Source: Takakia lepidozioides (lineage: Eukaryota; Plantae; Bryophyta). Taken from it: 64,000 nt of DNA. The translations under genes were made by a program, and so were the position numbers. The stretch lies in contig CM060731.1 of assembly GCA_030704615.1 (NCBI GenBank), positions 4,030,001-4,094,000 of the forward strand. The letters run 5' to 3'. Below, piece by piece: positions 12,687 to 26,697 of the stretch. Every line of letters starts with the position of its first letter. Positions within the stretch are counted from its first letter, which is position 1. The notes beneath the pieces are model-generated. The model was not told the DNA's origin and searched no databases. It saw only the letters and a list, made by a program, of their open reading frames with translations.

Positions 12687-15600
12687 TCACTTATTCCGTT
12701 TCCCACTCCCTGTCCTCTTAGCCTTAAATATCTTGCGATTGCCCTTTGTGTCTCCCCCTGATGACCCAACCGCAAACCCGCCACCAGCAAAGTCAAGTGT
12801 ACTGCCAGGCTGTTGAGGAGCCCCAGCAAATGGGTTGGCAAGAGGTTGTGCAAATGCATTTGCTACTGCAGGATTGGATTGGCCCCCGAAGTTGAAGACT
12901 GGAGAGGGACTTGCTGCTGCATTGCTGGATCCGAATAAAAAGCCCGAGCCTGATGCGGTACCAAAAAGATGAGGGGGCTGCTGCTGCTGCTGCTGCTGCT
13001 GCTGCGAGGGAGAGACACTGACCATTTGAGATGGAGGTTCTTCTGCCATGCTATCCTCCATGTTGGTCTGATCATTTGAGTCACTAGCCATGGCACCATT
13101 TGGCAAACTCCCAAAAGCTGGTCCCGAGTTTCCCAATCCAAACACAGACATTGGCTGTGGCACAGGGGAAGTAGCAGACTTTGACCCAAAAGCGAAAGGA
13201 CTGGCAGATGAGGAACTGGACAGTCCAAATGAAAAACCACTGGTGGACGCACCGCTCCCAGCCCCTGCACCAAATGCAAACGGGCTTGAGGTGGCTGCAG
13301 ATGTAGCTCCGAAAGTGAATAGGGAGGGGGAAGGGCTGGGGCTTAGATTGGTAGGTGGCCCAAATCCTGAACCAAACACAGAAGGTGGGGGTGAAGGTTG
13401 CGGGGACAAATCAGTATTGAAAATCCCAAAGGTCGACTTGGTAGCATTTGATCCACCAAAACTTGGGGCACTTGATGCCCCTCCAAATACGGGGGGAGGA
13501 TTTGCATTCCCTGTTCCAAATGTGGAACTCGTCCCTGTTCCAAAGAGTAACCCAGTAGACCCTGAAAAAGGAGGAGGGTTGCTACCAAAAGCCAGAGGAG
13601 AGGCTGTGGTAGCAGAACTAATGCCTGGAGCAGAAGGGCTCGGAGATGAAGCTAGGCCAAAAGGGGATGCCATCGAAACAGCTGGGACAGGAGAGGACCC
13701 CTGGGTCGGGGCACTGGTGCTTTGGCCAAATCCAGCTATGGAGAAGGGCGCTGATGATGCAGTTGAATTGGCATTCAGCCCTGAGAAACCACCAGATGTT
13801 AGACCTGGGGAAGGCATCAAGGTCATGGTTGGCGCAGAGCCAGTCACCCCAAAAGTTGTTGATGAGACCATTGCACCTGTTGAGACAAATTGGCTTATTA
13901 GGTCAAGAATGCAGTTGCTCGCCTACATAAAATTGGAGAAGAAAAATGTCCACAACAATATAACAAAATGCTATACAAACCTGAGGCCTCAATCGAGCTT
14001 TTGCTAGCGTCCTGACCAAACACTGGGAATGGTCTTTTGTGAGGTCGGTCAGCATCAACCGAACTTGTTGAGGGGGCACTCTGTGAGGATGGAGCCATGA
14101 TATCATTCCCTGTTGAGCCAGATGATCCAAATTGGAAGAAAGATTTGCCCTGCCCAAAGGCAGCTGGGGCACCAAAAGCGAAAGTGGGCGGTGGCGAGGC
14201 TACTGATGCATTGCCCATTGTACCAAAAACACTAGGGAGGGGGGGAGTCGCTGAAGATCCATCATTATTTGATGTGCGTGTATCCAACCCAAATATGTTG
14301 CTTGGAGCTGGACTCCTGCTTTGCACAGAGATTGACAACCCGCAGGAAGGGGAACTGGCACTTGTTGTCGTGGGAAACCCTGCAAAAGCTGCAAACAGTG
14401 CTCTGATTATCAGTTGTATCTCCTCATGTACCCAAAATGGCAATCCAAGATCAATGCGCTCAAGTACAAACAGTTGCAGCAGTACCAAGTTTCCAGGTTT
14501 AAAATATATATAAACACAAAAAACATCTCTGATACTCCGATATGGATATCAGTCGCCTGAACGCTGAAGCCTACAATTGCATTTAGACACAGTAAAGACT
14601 AACCAAGCTCGATAACTGACCAAAGCACACTATAGCCTCTCAAATTTCAACCAAACAGTAAGAAAGATTCACGGCAGAGCCCCTTACAGCCTTCTAAATC
14701 AGCCAAGAAGTGACTCTTACAAGTAGATGGACTAAAAGACTTGCAGGTGTCACAAACCACTGTTTGACTCAACCAGCTACATAAGTTTAAAAATATATAT
14801 AAAATTGAACCTTTTAGACTTCCCTGTTGAAAATTCAGGAATACAAAACTTTTATGCTAGGACCCGTCTTGCCAGCTTTGGTATTTCAGACTTTCAAGTA
14901 GCTAGACATGATCCATCAGGTGGATGTGGAATCTTTCTCCATGCTTCAGAACTGAGACTGTAATGTCTCCCCTGTATCAGTCTATCCCTTCAAATTGGAC
15001 GTCAGGTGTACCATGGTGTACTATGAAGTCTAATCACCTGGCTTAGCTCCTGCACCAACAGCAGATAATGTTGATGCCAAGATCATGGAGGTTGTACCTG
15101 CGGCGGAAGCGAACGGAAAGGGTGAAGAAACGGGGGCAGAAACGCCAAACGTCACAGTAGGCACATTATTGGGAACGACGTCGGGAGCCTTGGATGTCCC
15201 CAGGGCGGGCTCCAAATTCCCAAGTGGCTGAGGTGCCAAAGCAGTGGCAGCTGCAGCAAGACTGCAGTCAAGACAACAGCATCCATCAGTCATGGATCTA
15301 CCATTACTCAATACTACAAATAAAGCAGGCTTGAGTAAGCTATGTACTTTCAGGATGAAGCTGTGACAACACCAGAAAGAGTTGTATGCAGGACCATAGA
15401 TGTCACCAAACTAGGATTGTGCTGACAGAACATGAAGCCATGAAAATACATCTTTCTACACATGGAAACCACCCCCAATGATGCCATTCCCAGGCTAACT
15501 TGGGAAGAAAAACACAAACCTGAAAGCAAACTCTGGCTTGCTCTCGGACTTGAACTCAAACTTAGGTTTGACTAAAGCAGCCTCCAGGTCCCCAGATGCC

Positions 15601-18600
15601 CCCCCTGAAGGCACTGTGAAAAACAAGCTTTTATCACCTGTAGATCCTGTGCCGAAATCAAAGGATGGACGAGCACTCTGGGTGGTTGCAGGTGGAAACC
15701 CTGAAAACGAAGGAGAGGGCATTGCCTTTGGTGTCGGAGGGGGCTCCAGTAAGGCAACTGGCGGCGATGAAGGAAATGTGAAACTACCTGAGCTTGGCAT
15801 ATTTTTGGGGGACAAATCTGAGCTGGAAACATTTCCATCTGCTGTAGGGGATACCGCCTCCGAAGTGTCCGGACTACTAAATACCGGTGCAGCGATAGTT
15901 ATTGACCTGATAGCTGTGCCATCAGAGGACAGCAGTCCCGTAGCAGTCTCTACCATGGAAAGAGGGTTTGTCGTAGGGATGCTTGCATCTTGTGTACCAG
16001 TGTTCGATGCTCGACCTTCATCATCTGACAAGGATTCCTGAGTAGAACAAAAAACAATGAGCAGCCAAAGGAGAAGTGAGAAAAATGGTGAGGAGTACCA
16101 CCATGGTGAAGTAGGCAGATGCACATAATCACCTACCTTCCCTTCTCCCTTCCAAAATGCACATTGCACTTTATCACAATCTCAACTTCATTGGGCACCA
16201 GGTCTATGGCCACAAGCCTAAGACAGACGTCTCATCAGTACATTCTCTCTCTATCTGTCTCCCAAGATCAACGTACCTCAAAGACAGCACTCATCCAGAA
16301 TCCCTTCCCCTTGCCTGCAGTGGGACCAGCACCAGCAAGCACTGCATCGGTCTCTCCCGACCTTGCCACCGTCTCTTGCACATACCCTGCAGCTGTGCGT
16401 GATCGATCTACTGTATACTCTGCCATCAAGATGGTGGCAGTAAGTGCATAGATCCCTTCCCTTTCTATGCTGCCCAATAAAGTTTTTGTCTTCCTTCTCT
16501 ATTAGAGCATGCCTGGCATGATATCATGCAAAAATTAACTTTAACCTTAACTGCCAAGTTAAAGTTGGTTTAACATCCAGCGAATCTACAGAGCCTACTG
16601 CCCAATGGTGAAAGGCCAACCTTTGAGCCCCCACAGATTGTGAATGCAAGCGCCTATATACAACTACGGAACAGTAAAACTGTTGTAAACTGTGACTAAC
16701 ATACTTGTGGATCCAGCAGACCACACAGATGCTGACCTTCCTTTCACATATGCTTAGAGTAACAAATATGATGCTCGAGCACACTTAAACCTTTTAAGTA
16801 TTTGGAAATTTCACTGAGTTTTATAAAGCAATTTCGAGACTACCTGGACTTTTTGGTTGAGGCGCTACTGAGAGGCCTCCAAAAGGAACTTTGCCTTTCC
16901 CCTTGCCTTCTGTACTATGATCAGCTGCCTTCCATGGAAATCCACCAATGCTGGATGATTCAGTCCCTAAGCCTGGACGTGAAGGTCCAGCCTCTTCCCC
17001 TTGGTGGGAAGCTGGAAACTCCCAGGTCTACATAAGCAAATCACCCAAGCTGTTCACTGAAGGAGCAAGCTCAATTACAAAGAAAATTCAGAAGCAAAAA
17101 CTGTCATATACTGCAGCCCTAACAGGTCAGTGTAACTGATGATAAGCTGAAAGGTTCATACACATTGTTGTACCAACAATATCCCTACTTATCTCATGAC
17201 TGAAAATTAAGATCTTTCAAACATGTCATACACAACTTAAGGTGGATTTACATTGACATTATATTGTTACATGGCATGTAATGCAGAGTGCGCATAAGAG
17301 GACATAATACTGACTTTGACATTTACAAATACTGCATGAACTCTGTACTAGAACACAGAGAGGTTGATATATTGTAAACAACAGTGAAAGTCCATAACAA
17401 TACTAAGCACCTTCATTCGACAAAGCTGCCCGTAATATACCGCTGGCATCACGGTATGCACTGAGGGAGAACCCTGACCTGCATAGTTCGGCGAGCATGC
17501 TCATTTATCATACTTGGAGTGAGCTCAGTAGGTGGATGTTTCCTGACAAGAGCAAGTTCCTCTTCCAATGACTTGCCCTTGGGAGATGGAGTCATCCTCT
17601 CCAAAGTCTCCAAAATCTTGCGCGCCGTCTCACTAGACTGCACAGGGACACATGCAAGCCCCCTGGGTCCAGCATTCCTCCTTCTTTCCTCTTCCCTTTC
17701 GTTCTGCTTATCGCCACCAATGATGCCCCTCCCCTTGAATTGCCAAATTCAGAACCAACATCCAGTCATTATTCATGAAGCTCCTCTCTATGTTACCCTA
17801 CGATGGGCAAGAGAGCTAGAAGAGTTTCCTTGACTTCCATAACCCATAGAAGATGTCGTGGAGCAACTGAATAGCAATTTATCAAAAGAAAGGTGCATCA
17901 TTCCCTACACATCATCGAGCTTGAACTGAGCTAGCCACATACCTCTAACTCACTGACCTCCCCACCACGCTGTTTCCTGTCCATTGGTGGAATGCTAAGT
18001 GTTCTCACAGGCGGGGGTGGGTACAAGCCCAACCCTCCCCTCCTCGGCAGCCCATTGCCTGGACTTGGAGAGTACAATGAGGACCTCTGTCTTGTCCGGC
18101 GAACAGGACCACCAGAGGAATATCCGCCGTCATCCAGTGCTGTACTCCCTCGCTTCTTCACCCCCTGTCAGGTCATCATTCCAACCGATTGACAGTTTAG
18201 CCCTTTATGAATGTCAGTGCCTCTATGTGAAAGCCCAGCCAAGTCAAGCCCTGCCAAACATTAAAATGGAGATTGTGGGCATCCCAAATTAAAGCCAAGT
18301 GAAGCATGAGTACCCACCATAATGGCCGATACATGCATGGTAGGGGACCCAGCATGATATGTTCCCGGATCAACCATGCACAAAATGTCCTTATCATAAT
18401 GCAGGACAAACATAGAAGAGACATGCCCAGAACATGACATTAATTCAAATAGCAACAATAGGAGAGAAAGCTGGAGACAATGCATCAAGAGGGAAACAAG
18501 TTCAGCCTAGTCGAATTCGGTGAGTCAGCGAAGGACAGAGGGAGTACTCTAGTTGACAGTACCTCTCCCAATGAGAACTGCAGAGCCGATCCAGGTGGAG

Positions 18601-20902
18601 AGCGAGAGACAGGTGGGAGACGGCTCAACGTGTGTGGGGCAAGTGGCGTCCGCAACTTGTCTTCTACTACAACCTCTCTTATTCCCCGGATCGCCAAAGG
18701 TTGTGGAAGGCCCAGTGAACGTGCAACAGGAGGTGACTCAGGTGCAACAGAAGAAAGACCCCCAGGTGCCATCCGCAGCTTGTCTACTCTAGCATCTCTG
18801 GACATCCGCATCGAATTTCGCGTGCTTGATTGGTATGGTGAACTTCGAAGAGGGGTTGCAACTTTCTCTCTTGTGATCGTTACGCGAGAGGTAGGCCCCA
18901 CTACTCGAGTAACACGCTCACCCATATAGGCCCTAGCAAGATCTACTGGCGAAGAATCCAGACCTTCATAACCCTGGAATAGAATGGTGCAAAAGACCAC
19001 ACGCAAAGTCAGGGCAATGTGGAAATGTTAACCTCCATCAATGCAAGTCATCTTATGAGGACTTGAAAAATAAGAAATTTGAGTTGCGCGGTAAAGGTTA
19101 CCTCTGAGTTCTCCCCCAAAGAAGGTGAGCCATTCTCCTTTCCAAATCCACCAGACCAGAAAGGAGCCTTCTGTTCTTGCCGGGCTTTCGTGAGCTCCTC
19201 CCTCCACCTTTGCGCATCAGATTGGGGGCCATTGTTTGGCTGAACCTCATGACCAATAACTTGGTTAGTTGTCATGGCCTTGACGTCATGGTTCAAAGCT
19301 GCTGGCTTCTTCGTCTCCACTCCATTGTCCACCACTGCCGACCTCAAAATTTCTATCAAGCGATCAGCTTCCTCCCTGCGATTGACAGTATTATGTACAA
19401 ACAAACTTCAACCCTCAAGCAAGAATTGCAACTAACTAAAGACAAACGTCTGGCACATTCTGAAGTAGACGTGCTGGCACGGAAAAGCCAGATCCCACAC
19501 AACAACCATCTGCAAGAAGGCAATAATGGTCCTTGATGCTGTCAAGCCATCTATTGAAGATCAAGGCTTTTGTACTATGTTTGGCAATTTGGACACTACA
19601 ATCTAATTACAGCTTCCTGTTCATACATTTGTGCATTCTGTCTTCACTTGTTCGGCAAAGAGGGACATAGCATTCTAGAAGTCTTCATAGAAGGAAACAG
19701 TTTATGGAACTTCAGAAGCCTTGACCCACCAAGGAAATGGCACACTTTCCACCCAGTAACCCATGCATCCCGAATCTGATAAGTTGCTCGTGGTTGGTTT
19801 CAGGTGCTATTAATTAAGAATACAGTGGCAACTGGACATTACATTACATACTCAAGAGTCTACAACTTGTTAAACCTCCCCAGCTACTAGCAGATCATGT
19901 AACCAAAGAGCCAACCTGGGAAATATTCTCCTCTTCATCCAGCTCTCGATTTCAGAGATCTTAGAGCTGCCATCGTCCTGTCCTCTGTCTCCTTCGCCAT
20001 GGTCAATTCCAGCTTCCGTAGACTCCTGCAATAAAGGTGGCGTTCAATCTAACACATCGTTTCCAACATGCCCATGACAAACAGGAGGGAAAGGTACAGT
20101 ACATTTCATGAATTGTGCTACTTTCACCTTTTCTGAGTTAGGATAGTAATACTTTTACAGTAATTGGCGAGGGACAGCATCGTGGTCAAAATTGGGAATA
20201 CAAATGGTGTACGCCTCGGAAATCTGAAAAAGAGCAGAACAGAGTGCACAACAAACATGGTAGATTTGAGAGAGCAAAGACCTGTGGGGTAGGTGGGATG
20301 TTGGGGAGAGAGAGAGGGAGAGAGGGAGAGAGAGAGAGCATACAGCTTCAGCTGCCGATGGCGATGCTTCTGGTTGCCCATCGAGGATTTCAGCTGCGGG
20401 CACACACACAATGGGATGTCAGTGCGGTCTAGAGTTTCTGGGAGATTGGGTTACCGTTGCTAGAGATTGAGGTGCTTTCTCTTGGTGGCGAGCTAGCACC
20501 CGGCAGCCTGTAATGTAGTTCCTGCTGGATTAGCAGAAAACCCATAACGCATGCGAGCTAAGGCCACCCACCAGATGACCATAAAGAGTTCTCAAAAGGA
20601 AACATACCAGTGTTTTTCTCTCCCTCGGTGATCAAAAGTGGGAAGTCCCGGCGCCGAAACAACGAAGAGTACACATGTCCCACAAACTTTGAAGCCGACC
20701 CGATCAGACCTGACCCCAGCCATGTCCCCTTTCTTGATCCGTCTGGGGCACCAACTCCATTCATAATAGCCGCCGCCTGCGGCCCGGCTGAAGCATGCCG
20801 CCCCACTGCAGGCCTTTCATAGGGAGTGGATCGTCTAACCTTGGCCACTCTAATCTTCCCCCCGACTCCTACACCGTATGGAGAGCGGGCCTCCATTGCC
20901 AT
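12687..20902 (-). CDS. NUP1: Nuclear pore basket FG-nucleoporin NUP1/NUP136-like, multi-exon
   Basis: N-terminus MAMEARSPYGVGVGGKIRVAKVRRSTPYERP. Conserved internal blocks SSPVDLARAYMG, KKRGSTALDDG..SGGPVRRTRQR and QSSETARKILETLERM.PSPK. Long Ser/Pro-rich FG/FxFG region and C-terminal basic motif RKIFKAKR. Internal exon boundaries were not all resolved. Confidence 0.9.
12977..13005. repeat. (CTG)n microsatellite encoding polyQ in NUP1
   Basis: Uninterrupted ctg/gct run, translated as QQQQQQQQQ on the minus strand. Confidence 0.9.
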
Positions 20903-21786
20903 TCTCGCAACCGCCTCCCCCGTCTCCTCCTCTCTTTCTTTCTTCCTCCCTCCCTCCCTCCCCTCTCCTAACCCTTGACTAAGCCACTCAGCGTCGCGCA
21001 GGCTAGGGTTACCCCGAGAGAGGAGACCCATCCCCGCGCATGACCCAATACCGTGCATATAGATAGCTATGGATGTTCTACACAAGCTTGCTCTCTATTC
21101 AAGTTTCTCACAGGCTTGTAACGTTGATAAGAACATTGGGATTTTTTTGAGAGGAGAGGGGAGGAAGCCCTGACTTTCAAAGGGAGGCAACAACTATAAG
21201 GAAGCAAATGGAAGAGGTAATACAGGATCATATGCACTATGTACTCGTTGAAGAAGAGCAACTGAGCCTGAAGTACTTGGAGGGAGAGGTTGAAAGTTCA
21301 GATGTGCTTTGACCTTTGGGTTTGAATTTTTTTCTATGCAGCCAATTTTTTGTTTTTTATTTAAGAGAATTCTTTCCTCAGAAAATCATAGTATTAGTGC
21401 AACAACAAAGACGGCTGGTTTGGTATATAAGAGTTCCAATAGCTAGATGAGGAAGAGAATAGGACTCAAGAGGAAGTGATTTACTAAGAATTCCACCCAA
21501 CCATAGGAATTAAACAAAAGACGTTGTTCCATCCTCCGAGCTCTCCCCTATTCATACTCAAGGCCCATGTCAACAATAGTTGAGATAACTATAACTATAA
21601 CTATAACTTCTTCTTTTTCATTTTTAGCATATGGACCCCAAGAGGAGATTTGCCTGCTTACACTAGCCACCATCCTTGTGTGTCTCATGTGTGTCATACA
21701 TGCAATATAAACTTGTATCATATGGGTAGTATGAACTATTACTGTTATGGTATTAGGGACATTTTCCACATACCAGCTGGGTCTAA

Positions 21787-22930
21787 GGGCTGCGTTACAC
21801 TAGGGCCCAAGCCCAAGCCCAATTTCTACCACTCTTGGGCTGGTCTTGGGCCAACTTCAATGGTCATGATCAAATAGTCATGATCGCACAAAAACAGTCT
21901 ATTTTAATACCAAACTTCTTGCGAAGTTGGGCTCAAGGACACCATGCGGTTTCATTGCACCCTAGTTTATTTCACTGTAATGATGACGTGTCTTCATAGG
22001 AATGATGCGGGCCTTCATTGTCGTCGAAGATGGCCGAGGCCGGGTAATGGTAAGAGGCGGTGACGACGATCATGAGAGTAAGTGATGAAATGAGTAGGGG
22101 AGCATGGGGAGCTTGACAATGGATAAAAAAGAGGAGTGGGCTGGTGGGAGGGTCGGGGGAATGGGGTATGGGGGATGAGCGAGCTGGAATGACAATAGAT
22201 TGCGAGAAAATGCAGCATGGGATTATGGGAAGCGGGGCGTGTTTAGGGTAACAAGGGATAAGGGATGAGGTGAGCACGGGATTGTCAAGGCAGGGGGGGA
22301 GCAGCGGGCGGGTAGCCATGCAGCCAGACCGCGGAGGAAAAGGGCCAGGGGGCGGTGAGACAAACTCATTATTTTTCCATACTTAGTAGAGATAACTATG
22401 TAACAACTTTTACTTTAGACTTTATTTCCAACTGCTATTTTGGTGCTACGCCTAATATATCCGGCTGTTATTCTGGTATTACTAACTGAGGCTAACATCA
22501 ATGCTATCAGAGTAATTCTGATTAGAAGTTGTAGTCCAACACCCACAAAGCTAATATCATTAAATAGAAAAATATTTTAATATCCGCGAGCCAATTCCAG
22601 GTTAATACCAATTGATTTTGCCTACCTATTGAGAGTTTGACCCACTATTGACACCGACTAATACTATCAAAATCCTTTTTTTTTTTCTCAAATGCTTAGG
22701 GCCGCTTTACACTAGGGCCCAAGCCCAAGACTAAGTGAGAATGGAGCATTCCCATTGGCGGAGGCCTGAAAATTGGGCCCAATGGATTTACACTACGCCC
22801 GAGCCCAAGAAAATGGAAGTGGGTCATTTGCCTACATGGCACCTACATGAGCCCAAGAGTTGGAGAGTTGGGTCTCCATTCTATGAGGCCTTTTTCTTGG
22901 TCTGGCCCAAGAAGTTGGCGCCAAGGCTGA
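21787..22930 (+). mobile_element. Two related PIF/Harbinger-like MITE left-end fragments
   Basis: TAA|GGGCTGCGTTACACTAGGGCCCAAGCCCAAG at 21787 and TTA|GGGCCGCTTTACACTAGGGCCCAAGCCCAAG at 22699. They share downstream GAAGTTGG..CAAGG blocks. No matching right ends were found. Confidence 0.5.
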
Positions 22931-23979
22931 CAAAATATGGTATTGGACATCGAGGGTGCTTTGGCTGATTATCCTAGATAACCAATATTGGTATCTAGAC
23001 TCATTGGCAGAAACACAATATGCTTGAATTATGGCACAATTGCAAAGTTTCATGCGATACTCCATTTGAAACAAATTTAATTGCTTGATATAAATGTGCA
23101 AAGATTGCAATGAATTGTGCATGCTCTCATGTATGGTGTAAACAAAGCTTGTATGCTCCCTCCACATCGTCGACGCTTGTTTTGGCAAAAGTCTTTTTTT
23201 TTTGTGTCTGTTGTATCCTTTACATATATTCTAACTATCTTCGATTCATGGTGGAATGGCATACTTGAAGCATACATTGATTCTGTAATGAACAAGATGT
23301 TTGGCATTGTTCCATGGCTTAATGCAATGATGCATTCCCTCCTTAAAGCCGAACCTCATTAACAACCCAACGTCTTTATTGTTGATGACACTGATCCTAA
23401 AATCAATGTCATTCGATAAATTCCATAAGTGTCTACATGATTGTTGTATCATAGTTCTCATGTGGGAGGTACTTAATGTTGGCATCCTCCAGCATATGTG
23501 CCCACTATTGGTGACATTCCTAACGCTGAATTGTATGAATTTTGCTTGAAAAATATTTGTCATGGTTTCATCACAAATCCTAATGATGTGATTGACATCC
23601 ATCCAATGTTACACGACCTACATCAGGGCAAGGATTGGTATACCGATCCAAACTAAAATCACTTTGTTCTAAACAAAGAGAGGCAAACAGTTAAGGTAGA
23701 AGGCACATTTCGACATAAAGTTCATGAACATTGTATTTTATGAGAAATGTCCATTAATTCCAAGCTTCCCAGACTTTCAGAAGCGGGCAAGCGCTTGAAA
23801 ACCATGAAAGTCTCACGAGGTGAAAGGATATGTGAGCAATGTATTAATCTTAGTTATCTACAAATAAATGAGTTGATTGAGTCCAATAGAATTTGGGAGG
23901 GACGGTGTCAAGATGCTGAATGTTGCATTGACAAGAGCTTTGAAATCAGATGATTATTTTTCAAAAGCTCTAATTTGTT

Positions 23980-24465
23980 ATGTCAGAGGGTTCACTTCCT
24001 GAAATTGCAGAGGTATTTCGACGAGCATCAAATGCAGGAGTCTTTAGTCAGCGACCCGTGTTGTACAAATTGTTAACAGATGTTGCTTCTAATCTTCTTT
24101 CAATCCAGAATCGAGGTTGTAAAGGTAATGGCAAAAGTATCCTCTCAGTATACTCAAAATATTTTAGATTTTACAAAATTTTGATGGACCTGCAGCTCAT
24201 AATTTTCTTAGTCGAAATTTGGTTGGGCCTGTCCTTAATACAACTAGGTCACAATTTCGAAAAGATGGTTTCATATATTCAGTTGGAATCGATGAGCTTA
24301 CATTTTCGTATATTGCTTCAGTCTTGAAAAAATGCAAAGAGAAACTCAATATCTGAGGTCCAGTACCATTTGAGTGTGTAGAAGATGAGACAAAATGCAT
24401 GGAGTTGGCCACATGGAATAGGAGATTGGACCAATACCTCGATGGATTTTGTGGTTTGAAGGTTA
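23980..24465 (+). pseudogene. Degenerate transposase fragment, possibly P-element/THAP9-like
   Basis: Frameshifted translation gives ...LLTDVASNLLS..GNGK../..LQNFDGPAAHNFLSRNLVGPVLNTTR....GPVPFECVEDETKCMELATWNRRLD..DGFCG. This resembles the HTH region and first catalytic Asp region of P-element-type transposases. Stops and frameshifts are present. Confidence 0.4.
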
Positions 24466-26243
24466 CACTTGAAGAATCGTAAACATCAATGCATTTTTTT
24501 ATCCTAAACCATCATAAGAAAGCACAGGTTCCAGAATGCTTCTGGAGTGTGAAAGAGAAGGATAAGAAAATTGGTTCTTCTAATTTCAGTCCCAGTGAGG
24601 ATGGAAATGCTAGCTTTGGCAATACACGAGAAGGAGATACGATTGGCGCCTGAATTGAAGGGTCAATTGACGATACTTGAATTGTGTATTACACGAAAGC
24701 GAGGAGGGTGTATCGTGGTTGCACTTCAAAAGAAAGGGATATGGGGTATGAAGGAGTCCCCCATCAGAAGGGTACATCAGGCTAAAGCCCGGGCGGATCG
24801 AGCGGCGATGAGAGCAGCTCGTCGAGCGCTGATAGCCGCCCAGCTGGCTAAGCGGGGAGACCACTCCATCATTTTTACCCAGCGGACCCCGCCGCGGCGG
24901 TGGGCCGCGGGTTATGCTGTTACCCGCGGGGTACCGCGCCAAGGACCGCTGGTCCTTGGCCATGGACTTTTGAGGGTGGCGCGGCGCGGATATACGTATC
25001 ATACATACGTGCCATGTAAGCAAATACATACCTGACTGGCATATATGACTAGCATAGTGGTTATGACCGATGTCCAAGATGACATGGCCTTTACATCAGC
25101 ACTAACTTGCAGTCACAAATGGCAGATCTCACGGCCAAACAATCATAAAAGCTAGTCATAAAAGCCGCAAACTGTTGTTGTGCCATGTGGTCTATCAAAC
25201 TACTAGGGTATGTTGGACTATCACGCGATAGAGACCCATGACTGTCCACAATGATAATATGCCACATGTGGTATGGGCAGATTTATATGTATCTATGACC
25301 ACACATCGACAGTTGCCAATGCTTTGAACGGTTATAAGCATGTTCCATCTAGTATGACACTATACCTTTTTAAGATGAAGAATGTTTATATAAAAGTAGA
25401 ATGTTGAAACTTATGCTCTTAAATGCTCTAAATATTGTGCCACAAAAATTAAACATGGGTATTACTAGAGGTATGGGTACTACTAGAGGTAGCCGGAAGG
25501 TGAAGTGGCCATTACTTACGCCGGCTTTGGCCGCAATCTTCTCCTTCTATTTAGGTACTAGAGAGATCCAATGACATCCTCAAGCTAGACTTGAAGAAAA
25601 AGTTGATATGGAAGCTTGAATAATAAAAGCTTTGATCATTATCCTAAAGAGAGAGAGAGAGACTCCGGCCATAACCAGCGTAACTCCGGGCCACTTCACC
25701 AGCTTTATGCTACTGTCCCTTTTCGGGAGTGGGCCATATAACACCATCTTATACATGTAGGAGACGGATAAGCTCCAATTTGGAGCGATGCAAAGAGGAA
25801 AAGGCCATCTCGGCTGGTGTAACAAAGAGTCACTTTACCTTAAATCAGTTACTGCCCTCTTTAAGGGAGCAATGCATCAATGTTGGGTGCCGTTGGGTGG
25901 TTATTTCCATTGCTAAAAAATATAAGCAACATCTGTTACTCTTAACAACATCGATCATCTAAGGACTTCAAAACTTTGGTCAACATTTGTGTCCCATTCG
26001 CAGATTTTTGTCAACACTTGTTTGAACTATTAATGCATTGCAATACCAATGGTTGTATCTACCATGTTCTATATAGTAAAATCAACTAGTGTGTATCGAA
26101 AACATATGGTGGAAATGACATCTTGGTCTCTATATCGGTTCTACGTCAATTTCATGTATTAAACTAGATTGGGCGCTCCCCCAAATAACTACTTTTGTTG
26201 CGCACCTCTCTTTCGTAAACTCTCATTCAAATCATAGCTACTC

Positions 26244-26330
26244 TGTCGTGCACCTAAGCATCGTGCCACAACATACATCGCTGTCCACCATACATTCTAA
26301 GCACACAATCCTAGAAAGCTATGCCACAAT
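26244..26330. repeat. Terminal repeat Y, outer copy (87 bp)
   Basis: Matches 26698-26784 with 2 substitutions. Confidence 0.95.
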
Positions 26331-26695
26331 GATAATGAAAGTGAACACAAGGGAAACACTTCACTCATGAATCCACTCAATCACATAAACTAAGTCAAGC
26401 CAAGGGCACCCTTGCTAAGGGAATCCACCCTACAAAGCCCTCAACACACTCCCTCTCAATACCTAGAGCTATGGAGGTGAGAGAGGCTCATGGAGGCTCA
26501 ACTACAAGAAGATGAGCCCTCCTCAACGCTCACAAGGAGAAAACCCATCCCCATGTCCCAAGTGAGGTTTGACACCTCACTTGGTATGTGAGACCAAATG
26601 AAGTCCCAACACACAAAATGCAAATATAAATATCCAAAATGTCCTAGTTAACTAGAAGTAGGTAATTCTAGTTAACCATGACTAAAACCATGACA
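26330..26695. repeat. Terminal repeat X, inner copy (366 bp)
   Basis: Matches 42495-42860 with 8 substitutions by manual alignment and no indels. Confidence 0.95.
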
Positions 26696-26697
26696 AC

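Noticed and set aside
13090-14007. 305-aa plus-strand ORF (also 14097-14513 and 15538-16041)
   Set aside because: Antisense shadows of the Ser/Pro/Gly-rich NUP1 exons with no independent motif.
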